DNA of 64,000 bases from Fibrobacterales bacterium. Its GTDB lineage: Bacteria > Fibrobacterota > Fibrobacteria > Fibrobacterales > JAOPTW01. The notes below the pieces were generated by a model, which made no database searches, had not been told where the DNA came from, and saw nothing but the letters and a program-made list of their open reading frames with translations. The DNA lies in assembly GCA_051532055.1 (NCBI GenBank), contig JAOPTX010000015.1, positions 60,173 to 124,172 of the forward strand, in the 5' to 3' direction. This document shows, piece by piece, positions 30,380-40,036 of this stretch; positions within the stretch are counted from its first letter, which is position 1; each line of letters begins with the position of its first letter. The position numbers were made by a program, and so were the translations under genes.

Positions 30380-30715
30380 TTAGAGACGGCCCTTTTTAAG
30401 GCCTCTAAGCATAGCCTTAATCTCTTTGGGTGATTTGTTCTCTTGCCTATCTTTTTTTACCACAGCAATAGGGGCACATGCTTCACAAAGGAATTCATTT
30501 TTTATTGAAAATGATGCAGAACCTTCGAGTCGGTCAGTGCTGGGAAGAGAGTAGCGTTTCACAGGAGCCTCTTTCCCACACTTTTCACAGGTGGTTTTTT
30601 TCTTGATTTTGCCGCTTTTGACATCTTCAAGATACTTATCTTTCTTATCCATTTCGTAGGCCATGCTCAATGCATTGTTCTTGCGAAGGAAGGATTCGTG
30701 TCTATCGTTACTCAT
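30380..30715 (-). CDS. Small basic hypothetical protein with CxxC...CxxC (putative zinc ribbon)
   Basis: CEKC and CEAC motifs; Lys-rich; GAGG RBS. Confidence 0.7.
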   Translation of the reverse strand: MSNDRHESFLRKNNALSMAYEMDKKDKYLEDVKSGKIKKKTTCEKCGKEAPVKRYSLPSTDRLEGSASFSIKNEFLCEACAPIAVVKKDRQENKSPKEIKAMLRGLKKGRL

Positions 30716-30724
30716 AGTACCTCA

Positions 30725-31246
30725 CTAGTAAGAAATAAGAGAGTGAATCGGAAACGTTCCGAGTTTGTCTCTTCCATTTAAAAATTGTAATTCGATGAGA
30801 AATGAGTATCCTGCAACAATACCACCAGCTTCTTCGACAAGAGAGCGGGTAGCGGCGATAGTACCACCAGTAGCAAGTAGGTCATCTACTAAAAGAATTT
30901 TTGCACCAGCTTTAAATGAGTCTGTGTGCATTTCAAGGGTGTCTGTTCCATATTCTAACGCATATTCGATAGAATGAGTGGGACCAGGAAGTTTTCCTGG
31001 TTTGCGAGCAGGTACAAAACCCGCTCCTAAAATTTGTGCAATAGCCGGAGCAAAGATAAATCCACGAGCTTCGGTGCCGACAACAATATCAATGTCATTG
31101 TTTATAAAAGGTGCCGCCATCTCTTTGATAGCTGTGGTCAGTGCTGCTGGATTAGAAAGGAGTGTTGTGATATCTTTGAAAAGTATTCCTTCTTTGGGGA
31201 AGTTGGGGATATCGCGAATGCTCTCTTTTAGTTCAGTAAGTGTCAT
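30725..31246 (-). CDS. apt: Adenine phosphoribosyltransferase
   Basis: FPKEGILFKDIT, EARGF, RKPGKLP, LEYG and VDDLLATGGT motifs. Confidence 0.97.
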   Translation of the reverse strand: MTLTELKESIRDIPNFPKEGILFKDITTLLSNPAALTTAIKEMAAPFINNDIDIVVGTEARGFIFAPAIAQILGAGFVPARKPGKLPGPTHSIEYALEYGTDTLEMHTDSFKAGAKILLVDDLLATGGTIAATRSLVEEAGGIVAGYSFLIELQFLNGRDKLGTFPIHSLISY

Positions 31247-31249
31247 TGA

Positions 31250-31852
31250 TTAATCCTTTAAGGTACTCGTAAAAGTAGCATTTTTTTCAATTTTTATCAA
31301 AAGTGCTTCAGCTAATAAGTGAGAACCGAGTTGGGTGAGTTGACCATTAGAAAAGTGGAGCGAGTGAGGGGCGCGTTTATAATGGGCCTCAGACTCATGA
31401 AATGCATTGAATGCCCTATCATAATCAATAATATGAAGGTTTTTTAGGGTATATTGCTCAAAAAGAGCATTGACCTTTTCTGCATTTTTTTTCTTGTCAA
31501 ATGATGGGTAGCTTTCCACTGCCTGATTGCAAAGATAGAGTTCAATTCCTGAGAAAGAGGTAATATGTTGAATAAGCAAGCTAAAAGGTACAGTATCGAT
31601 GGCACTGTCTGTAAGTATATTGATATCTCCCCAGCCTACCGAAAGAATAATATGTGTAGTTCGTTTACCGATAATGTCTTTTGCATCATGAGCATTAAGG
31701 TGTTTAATGGTGTTTTGAATGGAGTTATTGTACGAAAGTTGGATATCAACATCGGGGTGACGTAATAACAGAGCATTACCAACATGATGAGGGGTTTCTA
31801 GCTGTGTTCCCCACTGAGTATCACCAATAAAATAGAGTGCATTTTGATTCAT
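31250..31852 (-). CDS. SGNH/GDSL-fold-like protein with degenerate catalytic motifs
   Basis: FIGDT (block I), ILSVGWGD (block III) and NGQLTQLG..LLAE (block V-like). Confidence 0.55.
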   Translation of the reverse strand: MNQNALYFIGDTQWGTQLETPHHVGNALLLRHPDVDIQLSYNNSIQNTIKHLNAHDAKDIIGKRTTHIILSVGWGDINILTDSAIDTVPFSLLIQHITSFSGIELYLCNQAVESYPSFDKKKNAEKVNALFEQYTLKNLHIIDYDRAFNAFHESEAHYKRAPHSLHFSNGQLTQLGSHLLAEALLIKIEKNATFTSTLKD

Positions 31853-32014
31853 GTCCAAAATGTAAAAAAAATAGAGGGACTTCATTATGAATAAGTGAAA
31901 AGAGATATTTCTCGAGTTATCCTGTCTTGTTGTCCAGCCTTTTTAATGATAAGAATGAGGACAAAGTGGCTCAAATTAAATACATTATGATAAATCCAAT
32001 TAGATGAGGCTCCC

Positions 32015-32593
32015 TTGCCGAATTCACAAAGAGACTCCTTTGAAGGGGTTACACTTCTTGAACAGTTAATGGATGGCAGTGCGATAGACGCCGCTATACA
32101 TTCATGTGCTGTTCAAATAATGAATATGCCTGATTATCAACAGGTTGTTCTCATGGGTAATGCGACTCGTGGGGTCCCCCTTGCCGAACGCATTGGTGCA
32201 GTAATAGAAAAAGAGACAGGAGACTCCATTGAAGTGGGCTCCCTCGATGCATCATTTTATCGAGATGATTTTCATTATCGCATTAAGGCCGCTAATCCAC
32301 AAATGAGAATTACGTTGGTACCGCAATCGATTGAAGGGAAACGAGTAATATTGGTTGATGATGTTCTGTATACAGGACGGTCAGTTCGGGCTGCAATGAA
32401 TGCTATTTTTGACCTTGGCCGCCCTGCTTCAATAGGCTTAATGGTGCTGATTGATCGAGGATGTCGTGAGCTACCAATATGCCCGGATTTTTCGGGTAAA
32501 GAGCTTGTTACAGAAAAAAACCAGGAAGTGCGAGTTAAAGTAACTCCTGTTGATGATGAAGATGCCGTTTGGCTAGTCGAGGTAAATGAATAA
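32015..32593 (+). CDS. pyrR: Bifunctional pyr attenuation regulator / uracil PRTase
   Basis: TRGVPLA.R, LD..FYRDD, VDDVLYTGR.VRAA and DRG.RELPI motifs. Confidence 0.95.
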   Translation: MPNSQRDSFEGVTLLEQLMDGSAIDAAIHSCAVQIMNMPDYQQVVLMGNATRGVPLAERIGAVIEKETGDSIEVGSLDASFYRDDFHYRIKAANPQMRITLVPQSIEGKRVILVDDVLYTGRSVRAAMNAIFDLGRPASIGLMVLIDRGCRELPICPDFSGKELVTEKNQEVRVKVTPVDDEDAVWLVEVNE

Positions 32594-33522
32594 TGTCGCA
32601 GTTATCAATTAAACATTTGATTGGGCTGAATGGAGTCCCTAAAGAGGATTTGCGGAGCATATTGGATACCGCTCAAAGTTTTCGTGAAGTTTTAGAAAGG
32701 CCCGTTAAAAAAGTTCCATCCCTCCGTGGGGTTACGGTTCTTAATCTCTTTTTCGAAAACAGTACTCGGACTAAAATTTCATTTGAACTTGCAGAAAAAA
32801 GACTTTCTGCTGACGTTGTCAATTTTTCAACCTCGAGTAGTAGCTTAAAAAAAGGTGAGACACTTTTAGACACTGTTCGAAATATTGAGTCAATGAAAAC
32901 AAATGTTATCGTTGTACGTCATACCGGAACAGGAGTGCCTTCTTTTCTAGCAGAATCAACTAATTCAATTATTGTGAATGCAGGAGATGGTGCAAATGAA
33001 CATCCAACTCAGGCACTTCTTGATATGCTTACAATGGAACAACATATTGGATCCTTGGAGGGTAAACGAGTTGCAATTGTTGGTGATATAAAACACTCTC
33101 GTGTGGCTCGATCAAATGCATTTGGTCTAAAAACCATGGGGGCTGAAGTGGTGTTTTGTGCACCACAGACATTAATGCCAAATAATATGGGGCTTGTAGG
33201 GGCTGAATGTACTTCAGATCTCGAGCATGCTATAAAGGGAAGTGATGTAGTCATGGCGCTTCGATTGCAGAAAGAGCGTCAAGCCGGTGGGTATCTACCG
33301 TCTGAAATTGAGTATCGAACTCAGTTCGGTATCACTCCGGAGCGTATTAGAGACTGGAATCCAGATACCCTTATTATGCATCCAGGGCCAGTAAATAGAA
33401 ATTTAGAGATGGATTCAGATATTGTCGATAGTGAACGATCTGTCATTCTTGATCAGGTGACAAATGGTGTTGCTGCCAGAATGGCAGTTCTCTATCTTTT
33501 AGCAGGTGGTGGGGAAGAATAG
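32593..33522 (+). CDS. pyrB: Aspartate carbamoyltransferase catalytic subunit
   Basis: FFENSTRT, HPTQALLD, GDIKHSRV, RLQKER and HPGP motifs. Confidence 0.97.
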   Translation: MSQLSIKHLIGLNGVPKEDLRSILDTAQSFREVLERPVKKVPSLRGVTVLNLFFENSTRTKISFELAEKRLSADVVNFSTSSSSLKKGETLLDTVRNIESMKTNVIVVRHTGTGVPSFLAESTNSIIVNAGDGANEHPTQALLDMLTMEQHIGSLEGKRVAIVGDIKHSRVARSNAFGLKTMGAEVVFCAPQTLMPNNMGLVGAECTSDLEHAIKGSDVVMALRLQKERQAGGYLPSEIEYRTQFGITPERIRDWNPDTLIMHPGPVNRNLEMDSDIVDSERSVILDQVTNGVAARMAVLYLLAGGGEE

Positions 33523-33523
33523 T

Positions 33524-34780
33524 ATGGCAGTTTGTTTTAAAAATGTTCAATTGTATTCGGGCAAAACACTGAGTGAGCCACAAAACGTCTACCTTTCAGA
33601 AGGAAAATGGGTTGAAGCTTTAGAGCCTGGAAGTTATAAAGAGATAGATGGAACAGGGAAAATGTTGCTCCCTGGCCTCACTGAATTGAGTGCATGTTTT
33701 GATCTCCCTGGTGATGGAATAGTATATTCACTTGCAGATGGTGTTGAAGCAATGTATCGTGGAGGATTTAAACGAGTCGTACTCGAGCCTGAATCTGAAG
33801 AACAAATTGATTCACCGGCAAAAGCACTCTACTTAAAGTCGTTTCTCTTTGAATGCCCTCTCGATGTTCAGGTATCTTCTCTAATTTCAAAAGAAGGTAA
33901 GGGTGAGCAACTCGTAGAGATGGCGGAACAACTCGGTAGGGGAGTGACCGTATTTAGTTCAGGGCTTTTCCCTTTGGTGGGTAATTCATTTTTACGTTTG
34001 GTCATGGAGTATGCGATGCAACTTGAAATTCGTCTCCATTTATTTCCTCTCGATAAATCTCTTGCTGGCAAAGCACAGGTAAGTGAAGGTGCATACTCTG
34101 ATCTCCTTGGTATGTATGGAGTACTTCCTCAAGCTGAGACTATAGCGGTCTTTTCGATATTACAAATGGCCCGGGTTACGGGCTGTAAAGTACATATTAA
34201 ACATGTAAGTGTTGGCGAGTCTTTTGAATTAATTTCTCAGTATGCAGTAGAATGGGGGGTGGATGTTACTTGTGATGTAGTGCTTTCAAATGTAACGTTT
34301 GATGATTCGGTACTTCCTCAATTTAATACCTGTCATCATGTAACTCCTCCTCTTAGATCAAAAGAGAATGTTGTGGCATTAAAAAAAGCCCTTTCTAAAG
34401 GAGTGGTAACAGCCCTTTCAGTTCAGCACAAACCGGTTCTACCGGAGTATAAAAACATCAACTTTGAAGATTCTGAGCAAGGGTGTGTGGGTCTTGAAAC
34501 AGCATTGTCGGTTCTTAATACTGACTTGAGTGTTTCCCTAGAGCGTGGTATTCTCGATATCGTAGACCTTTTTACTATGGGCCCATCAGAAGTACTTGGT
34601 CTTGATGTTCCCCATATTTCAATGGGAAACCCTGCCGATCTCTTTTTATGGAATCCGAATAAAGAGTGGGAGATTAATCGCTCTCACTATGTGCGGCGTT
34701 CAAATTCACCTTTTATTGGTAAAAAGGTACAGGGCGTAGTAGAGGCATGCTACTTTAATGCGCAATTAAAGGAGTGGTAG
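33524..34780 (+). CDS. pyrC: Dihydroorotase-like protein, probably inactive (PyrC')
   Basis: DHOase framework (PPLRS, G.VGLET, NSPF.G) follows pyrB. The HxH motif is replaced by ELSACF and the catalytic Asp by SVQH. Confidence 0.8.
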   Translation: MAVCFKNVQLYSGKTLSEPQNVYLSEGKWVEALEPGSYKEIDGTGKMLLPGLTELSACFDLPGDGIVYSLADGVEAMYRGGFKRVVLEPESEEQIDSPAKALYLKSFLFECPLDVQVSSLISKEGKGEQLVEMAEQLGRGVTVFSSGLFPLVGNSFLRLVMEYAMQLEIRLHLFPLDKSLAGKAQVSEGAYSDLLGMYGVLPQAETIAVFSILQMARVTGCKVHIKHVSVGESFELISQYAVEWGVDVTCDVVLSNVTFDDSVLPQFNTCHHVTPPLRSKENVVALKKALSKGVVTALSVQHKPVLPEYKNINFEDSEQGCVGLETALSVLNTDLSVSLERGILDIVDLFTMGPSEVLGLDVPHISMGNPADLFLWNPNKEWEINRSHYVRRSNSPFIGKKVQGVVEACYFNAQLKEW

Positions 34781-34783
34781 GCC

Positions 34784-34990
34784 GTGGGGATTCTTGAAAT
34801 AGTTTTTGGGTTGATTATTATTGGAGTACTTCTTCTGTTTATGAAGGAGTTTACGCTTCCGTCTTCTTTTTATAAACGAAAAGATACACGGAGAGTACAA
34901 AATTATATTGATCAACGTGAAAAACTTATGGTAGAAGAGCTTGATGTTGAGGACGAAGAAGGAGATGACTCCGACCCTAAAACAGATTAA
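34784..34990 (+). CDS. Small single-TM hypothetical protein with an acidic tail
   Basis: 68-aa ORF directly after pyrC' with a GGAG RBS. Confidence 0.6.
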   Translation: MGILEIVFGLIIIGVLLLFMKEFTLPSSFYKRKDTRRVQNYIDQREKLMVEELDVEDEEGDDSDPKTD

Positions 34991-35007
34991 GGAGAGGCCT
35001 CAGGGGC

Positions 35008-35868
35008 TTACAGAAGTTGCATAAAGCTTTTTGCTTTGATAAACTCTTTTTCACCTTCTGCAAGAAGCTGCGGTAAAACATCATAGGGTAATTTCAAGCT
35101 TTTCCAGTTCTCGTCGGAAATATTTTGCAAATAGGGGTCTCCGCCACTACCAATATCTAATGAACGGGTTAATGTGTCTGCGATTTGGATAATGGTACTA
35201 ATAGAGTAAAACTCAAGGCTCTTTTCGGGACTATGATGATTGAGTATAACATGTGAAAGGTAGTTAGGCAGTTGCCATTTCTCTGCAATCCAATACCCCA
35301 CCTCACAATGATTAAATCCAAATACTTTTTCTTCTGCTTCAATGAGAAGTACTTCTTTTTGTTCTGCTATGATAACGGCTTTTTCAAATTCGTGAGTAAA
35401 AGCAGTAAGAAGAATTATTTTCCCAATGTCATGAATAACCCCAGCTAAAAAGAGTTCTTCTCGCTTATTAAATGATATAGTGTCGCCAATAACTTTTGCG
35501 AAAGTGCCAACGCCAAGTGAATGAGCCCAAAACTGCTTTTGATCAAAATAAGGGGAGTTGATACTCGACTTAAAAGACGTGAGAAGCGAGGTGGTCATTA
35601 TTAGGTTTTTAATAGTATTAAAGCCAAGTATTGCAACAGCATGAGATATCGTATTAATTTTTTTTGGAAATCCGTAAAATGCACTGTTTACTAACTTCAT
35701 AATTGATATGGTTAAACTTTGGTCGTTACTGATTATTTTCCCAATTTGGTCTGCAGTAGTACGAGGGTTTTGCATCTCCTTGTTTATACGGGCAACAACA
35801 TTTGAAAGAGTAGGAATGGTATCAAGGTCGCCAATCATTGATTCTATAAGAGCAAAGCGATCATTCAT
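35008..35868 (-). CDS. HDOD domain protein
   Basis: IPTL, D.SLT...K.VNSAFYG, A..ILGF, FW.HS, HDIGK, H..VG....KW.LP and HH.P motifs. Confidence 0.92.
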   Translation of the reverse strand: MNDRFALIESMIGDLDTIPTLSNVVARINKEMQNPRTTADQIGKIISNDQSLTISIMKLVNSAFYGFPKKINTISHAVAILGFNTIKNLIMTTSLLTSFKSSINSPYFDQKQFWAHSLGVGTFAKVIGDTISFNKREELFLAGVIHDIGKIILLTAFTHEFEKAVIIAEQKEVLLIEAEEKVFGFNHCEVGYWIAEKWQLPNYLSHVILNHHSPEKSLEFYSISTIIQIADTLTRSLDIGSGGDPYLQNISDENWKSLKLPYDVLPQLLAEGEKEFIKAKSFMQLL

Positions 35869-36193
35869 TGTGTTCTCCGTTCTCGGTACCTAATACATGA
35901 TTTTTTACTGCTGCATATATCGTATTCATTGTGAGAGAGTTAGTTTTCTTGCTAAATCTTTTATCAAGAGTATCATGATTTGAGTGCTCTGGAACGCTTC
36001 CAGTATCACTACCCGCACTGGGGCCGTCATCCCCTTCAATTGTAATCTGCATTATCCCACGTGACTCAAGTCGTCTCGCAAGGCTTTTTGTAAGTGTTGT
36101 TCCTTGACTGAGAATTATTTGACCTGAATTTCCCATGACCGGTTCTAATAGTATCATTCCATCATTAATGTCCGCTATTGCAATCGTCCGCAT
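35861..36193 (-). CDS. Hypothetical protein coupled to the HDOD gene
   Basis: GM.L..PV....G..IL..G..LT......L...GI resembles N-terminal modules of HD-GYP proteins; 8-bp overlap with the HDOD gene. Confidence 0.65.
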   Translation of the reverse strand: MRTIAIADINDGMILLEPVMGNSGQIILSQGTTLTKSLARRLESRGIMQITIEGDDGPSAGSDTGSVPEHSNHDTLDKRFSKKTNSLTMNTIYAAVKNHVLGTENGEHNE

Positions 36194-36207
36194 GTGTAAC
36201 CTTATGT

Positions 36208-37002
36208 TTAATTGCCAATGGAGAGCAGTTCAAGTTTATAGAGGAGGATTGAATGGGGAGCTATTTTTGAACCTGCGCCCTTGTCTCCATAGGCGAGGTG
36301 TGGAGGTATGTAGAGATGCCATTTGGCACCTTTGCGCATGAGAAGTAGGGCTTCTTTCCAGCCGTCAATTGCACCTGCAAGTGGGAAGGTGACAGGGGTA
36401 TCAGTAGAGTAGGTCGATTCAAACTCCGTACCATCAATAGTGGTTCCTTTGTAGTGACAGGTTACTTTTGATTCTGCTGCAGGCTTATTGCCGGTGCCTC
36501 TACGCATAATGCGATATTGAAGGCCGCTTTCAAGAGTAACCACTCCTTCTTTGTTTCTATTGTTTTCAAAGTAGGTTACAATAGGATCAGGGGGAATTGA
36601 GTCTTGAGATGTTGTATCTATAAGTTCTTGTTGTGTCAGTGAGTCTTTATAGTGATTAAATTTTTCGGTGTAGTGTGCAGCATCTTGGGTCGAAATTAAA
36701 AGGGAATCTTGGTGGGTCACATCAGAAAAACCTTGTGCAATGAGATCTGAATTGAGAGTGATGCCAGATGCTAATAGAGTGTGGGCAAAGTTTACTCCCA
36801 GTGCATAGCTAATAAGATCTTCACCCTGGGTTATTGTGGTAATACGACTGTTTTGTTCTGGAATTTTACTCAGTGTATCAGGGAGTGATACTATGACTTT
36901 TGTTTTTTTGGGTTGAGTAATGTTCTTAGTGGTGGTTTGTTGTAAGGGTGCGGTACAGCACATTAACATCACAAGTAAAGCACAGGTAAAAACCTTGAAC
37001 AT
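36208..37002 (-). CDS. FKBP-type PPIase (Mip/FkpA-like), probable lipoprotein
   Basis: SYALG, SGLQY, HYKGT..DG..F.S, GW.EAL and IPP.LAYG motifs. Confidence 0.92.
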   Translation of the reverse strand: MFKVFTCALLVMLMCCTAPLQQTTTKNITQPKKTKVIVSLPDTLSKIPEQNSRITTITQGEDLISYALGVNFAHTLLASGITLNSDLIAQGFSDVTHQDSLLISTQDAAHYTEKFNHYKDSLTQQELIDTTSQDSIPPDPIVTYFENNRNKEGVVTLESGLQYRIMRRGTGNKPAAESKVTCHYKGTTIDGTEFESTYSTDTPVTFPLAGAIDGWKEALLLMRKGAKWHLYIPPHLAYGDKGAGSKIAPHSILLYKLELLSIGN

Positions 37003-37029
37003 CTAGAACCCTTTTATAGGAAATTGTAC

Positions 37030-37058
37030 AAAAAAAAGGGTGCAAAAGCACCCCTTTT
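37030..37058 (-). terminator. Intrinsic terminator between the two FKBP genes
   Basis: GGGTGC-AAAA-GCACCC hairpin; the upstream A-run is the minus-strand U-tract. Confidence 0.8.
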
Positions 37059-37077
37059 CCAATAGTTCAAAAGAGAT

Positions 37078-37848
37078 CTATTTCTTAACAGCTTTTGGAG
37101 CTTCTTTTTTCGCAGCATCTTTAGGAACAATGCTCAAAAGTTCGATTTCAAATTTAAGAGCAGCGTTTGGAGAAATTTTCCCAGAACCTCTTGTACCATA
37201 ACCGATTGCAGGTGGTATGTAGAGTTCCCATTTCGATCCAACTTTCATCATTTGAAGCGCTTCAGTCCAGCCTTTGATCACACCTTTAAGTGGGAATTGT
37301 GATGGTTTACCACGTTCATATGAAGAGTCAAATACTTCACCGTTAAGAAGAGTACCTTTATAGTGACACTCAACTTTGTCATCGAGAGTTGGAATTGGAC
37401 CAGTACCTTCAGTAATTACTTTGAATTGAAGACCTGATTCAGTAGTTTTTACACCCTCTTTTGCTTTGTTTTCTTCGAAGAATTTTTTGTTTTCTTCAAC
37501 ATTTTTTTCACCCTGAAGCTTTCTATCTTCAGTTTCTTTCTTTCTTTTGTCCTGCATTTTTTCCATCATTACTTTTTGGAATGCAGTCATAGTTTCGCGA
37601 ACTTCTTTTTGGTCCATAAGTGGAGTTTCAGTAGCTGTTAGGCCATCTTCGATTCCTCTAAAGAATTTAGTAAGCTCAACTTCAATTTCTTGTTTCTTGA
37701 AGTTTGACCCGATGTCAAGACCGATAGAGTAACTGACTTTGTCCATTTCAGTTTTAAGAGAGGCTTGAGTAACACTTTTGGTGTCAATACCTTTTTGACA
37801 GCCGACAAGCATCATGAGTACAGATGCTGAAGCAATTAATTTTTTCAT
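37078..37848 (-). CDS. fkpA: FKBP-type PPIase FkpA/Mip lipoprotein
   Basis: LVGC lipobox; SYSIG, SGLQF, HYKGTL, FDSS..RG and VIKGW.EAL motifs. Confidence 0.9.
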   Translation of the reverse strand: MKKLIASASVLMMLVGCQKGIDTKSVTQASLKTEMDKVSYSIGLDIGSNFKKQEIEVELTKFFRGIEDGLTATETPLMDQKEVRETMTAFQKVMMEKMQDKRKKETEDRKLQGEKNVEENKKFFEENKAKEGVKTTESGLQFKVITEGTGPIPTLDDKVECHYKGTLLNGEVFDSSYERGKPSQFPLKGVIKGWTEALQMMKVGSKWELYIPPAIGYGTRGSGKISPNAALKFEIELLSIVPKDAAKKEAPKAVKK

Positions 37849-38017
37849 TGTTATCCTTGTAAAATGTAAGATTTTTAGAAAAAATAAGAAATTTCACAAA
37901 AAAACCATACTTCTCTTGTGCAAATATGAAACTAGTCTGCTTTTTTTTAAAAAACGGGCTATAAAAAGTGATATAAGCGGATGATTTTAGAAGAGTGAGC
38001 AGAAATCTGGAGGTTGA

Positions 38018-38929
38018 TTATTCTTTTAGGTCACTAAGAGCTCGTTCCGGCCACAGTTTTGGAGTCCAACCAAGAAGTGAGTATACACGAGAGCTATCCA
38101 TGTGTACATTTTTTACTCGGGGAGGGCCATTTTTTTCTTCATGGGTATAACGCCCCTTGAGAAGTGATTTATCATACGTTTCACAGTATTGACTGATGAC
38201 ATCACCCATTTCATAGAGGCTTACAGGTCTTGGGCCACCTGCATGATATAATCCGGTGACCTCTTTATTAAAAAGTTGAGTAATGATCTCTCCAACATCG
38301 TCTGTGTGTATGGCTGAACGATATTCATCATAAAAGAGTGTGACGGTACGATTTTTTTTAAATCGGCCTTCAATCCAGTCAACTGCAGCTTTGGAACCCT
38401 GAATTGAGGGTCCCATAGGGAGGCCCATTCGTACTATTGCAGACCGAGGGTGTTTCTCAATCTCTTTTTCAGCGAGTAGGTATGTTTTACCTACTACACT
38501 TACAGGGTCCGGTACATGAGATTCTGCATAGCCTTCTTGAGGAGGAGTCACTCCTGAAAAGACTAAGTCAGCGCTACAATACATCAAATAGGCATTATGA
38601 GACAGTTCGCGAATGAGTGCTGCGCCATCGACATTAATGCGATGTGCCCGAGCAGGATCAGCTTCACAACCATCGAGATCACACACGCCCGCAGCATGGA
38701 GTACATGGGTTGGTTGTACCTCTTCAAAAATTTTTTTATAATCTTCAGGGTTATTAAGTGATGCTGAAAATATGTTGGGTCCAGAGGGGACTTTTGCTTT
38801 TGGTGGTTTAATACCAAAGACTTCATGAGATTCATTCTCAAGGAGGGCACAAAATGCTGGCCATGTATGAATCGCTGTGATTCCTGTGCAAAGAATGCGC
38901 TTTGGAGTGGTCTGTTCTATTGAAGTCAT
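38018..38929 (-). CDS. RmlD-like extended SDR family protein with atypical motifs
   Basis: HAAG..D.D.CE.DP..A..IN, S.DLVFSG, PDPVS and LF.DEYRS motifs; lacks GxxGxxG and YxxxK. Confidence 0.8.
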   Translation of the reverse strand: MTSIEQTTPKRILCTGITAIHTWPAFCALLENESHEVFGIKPPKAKVPSGPNIFSASLNNPEDYKKIFEEVQPTHVLHAAGVCDLDGCEADPARAHRINVDGAALIRELSHNAYLMYCSADLVFSGVTPPQEGYAESHVPDPVSVVGKTYLLAEKEIEKHPRSAIVRMGLPMGPSIQGSKAAVDWIEGRFKKNRTVTLFYDEYRSAIHTDDVGEIITQLFNKEVTGLYHAGGPRPVSLYEMGDVISQYCETYDKSLLKGRYTHEEKNGPPRVKNVHMDSSRVYSLLGWTPKLWPERALSDLKE

Positions 38930-39041
38930 AATTAGTAAGGGTGATAAGGGATTGCATGCTCTTTTGGGTTTCAAATATAGAACAATTGATCTATATTATC
39001 ACCGGAATTGGATTAATTTGAGTTAGAACATAGACACACAT

Positions 39042-40031
39042 ATGGAATCACAACAGAACATCTATCTAAAAATAGTCAAAAAAGTAATTCTCTATAGTTG
39101 GAGAGGGTATCAGGTTGTTTTAGGCCTTATACTTGTTGCATTATTGTGGGGAATTTCATCTTTAGCAGATTATCTGAAGTATTGGGAAATTCAGAAGCTT
39201 GCTGAACAAAATCCGTCAACGACTTCCTTCATGAATGCGGAGTATGAGCGATTACAGATGAGTAACTCTGGACCAGAAGATATTCTCTATAGCTGGATAC
39301 CTTATGAAGAAATACCGGCCGTGCTTAGAGAAATGGTATTAATAGCTGAGGATGCAAAGTTTTACGACCATGTAGGGTTTGATCTCAGTGAAATAGAATA
39401 TGCGATTGTCTCCAACCATCAAAAGGGTGAAAAAGCACGAGGTGCAAGTACTATTAGTCAGCAGTTGGTTAAAAACCTCTATTTGAGCTCAGATAAAAAA
39501 ATGTCTCGTAAAATACGAGAGGCAGGCATTACCCTGCTCCTTGAAAACAGATTAACAAAAAGAAGAATACTCGAGTTGTATCTTAACATTGCACAATTTG
39601 GACCTGGAGTCTTTGGAGTAAGCGAAGGTGCGGAATATCAATTTGGCAAAGAGTTGTCTCGACTCAGCACGTCACAATTAGCCCGTCTCGTGGCTGTAAT
39701 TCCAAGTCCAAAGCATTGGCGTGCAAACTCTCTCAAAGGTTCGTACAAGAGGCACTTCAGCAGAATCCTTAAAAACTATGCCCTCTACAAAGGGCTCAAA
39801 AAGCGTGTTGATTTTGATGACCTTGACTGGAAAAAGGATTTATTTAAGGAATTGAACAATATAATTGATGAAGGGAAATGGGGAAAATTAAAGACTATGC
39901 CCGCTATAGATCATAGTACTGACTCATCTGAAAGAATAGAAAACGAACAACCGAGTGTTTATAAAGCATCATCGAAAAGAAGACTCAAGCGAGCGTCTAA
40001 ATCGAAGCAAATGCCGGTGACTAACTGGTAG
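39042..40031 (+). CDS. mtgA: Monofunctional peptidoglycan transglycosylase
   Basis: AED.KF.DH.G, GASTISQQLVKNL, RK..E and ILELYLN motifs; no transpeptidase domain. Confidence 0.92.
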   Translation: MESQQNIYLKIVKKVILYSWRGYQVVLGLILVALLWGISSLADYLKYWEIQKLAEQNPSTTSFMNAEYERLQMSNSGPEDILYSWIPYEEIPAVLREMVLIAEDAKFYDHVGFDLSEIEYAIVSNHQKGEKARGASTISQQLVKNLYLSSDKKMSRKIREAGITLLLENRLTKRRILELYLNIAQFGPGVFGVSEGAEYQFGKELSRLSTSQLARLVAVIPSPKHWRANSLKGSYKRHFSRILKNYALYKGLKKRVDFDDLDWKKDLFKELNNIIDEGKWGKLKTMPAIDHSTDSSERIENEQPSVYKASSKRRLKRASKSKQMPVTNW

Positions 40032-40036
40032 GTGGA

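Noticed and set aside
31886..32014. PyrR-binding attenuator upstream of pyrR (AATCC...GAGGCT)
   Set aside because: Only a loose match. The GAGG doubles as the RBS and there is no clear terminator/antiterminator. A covariance-model search would be needed.
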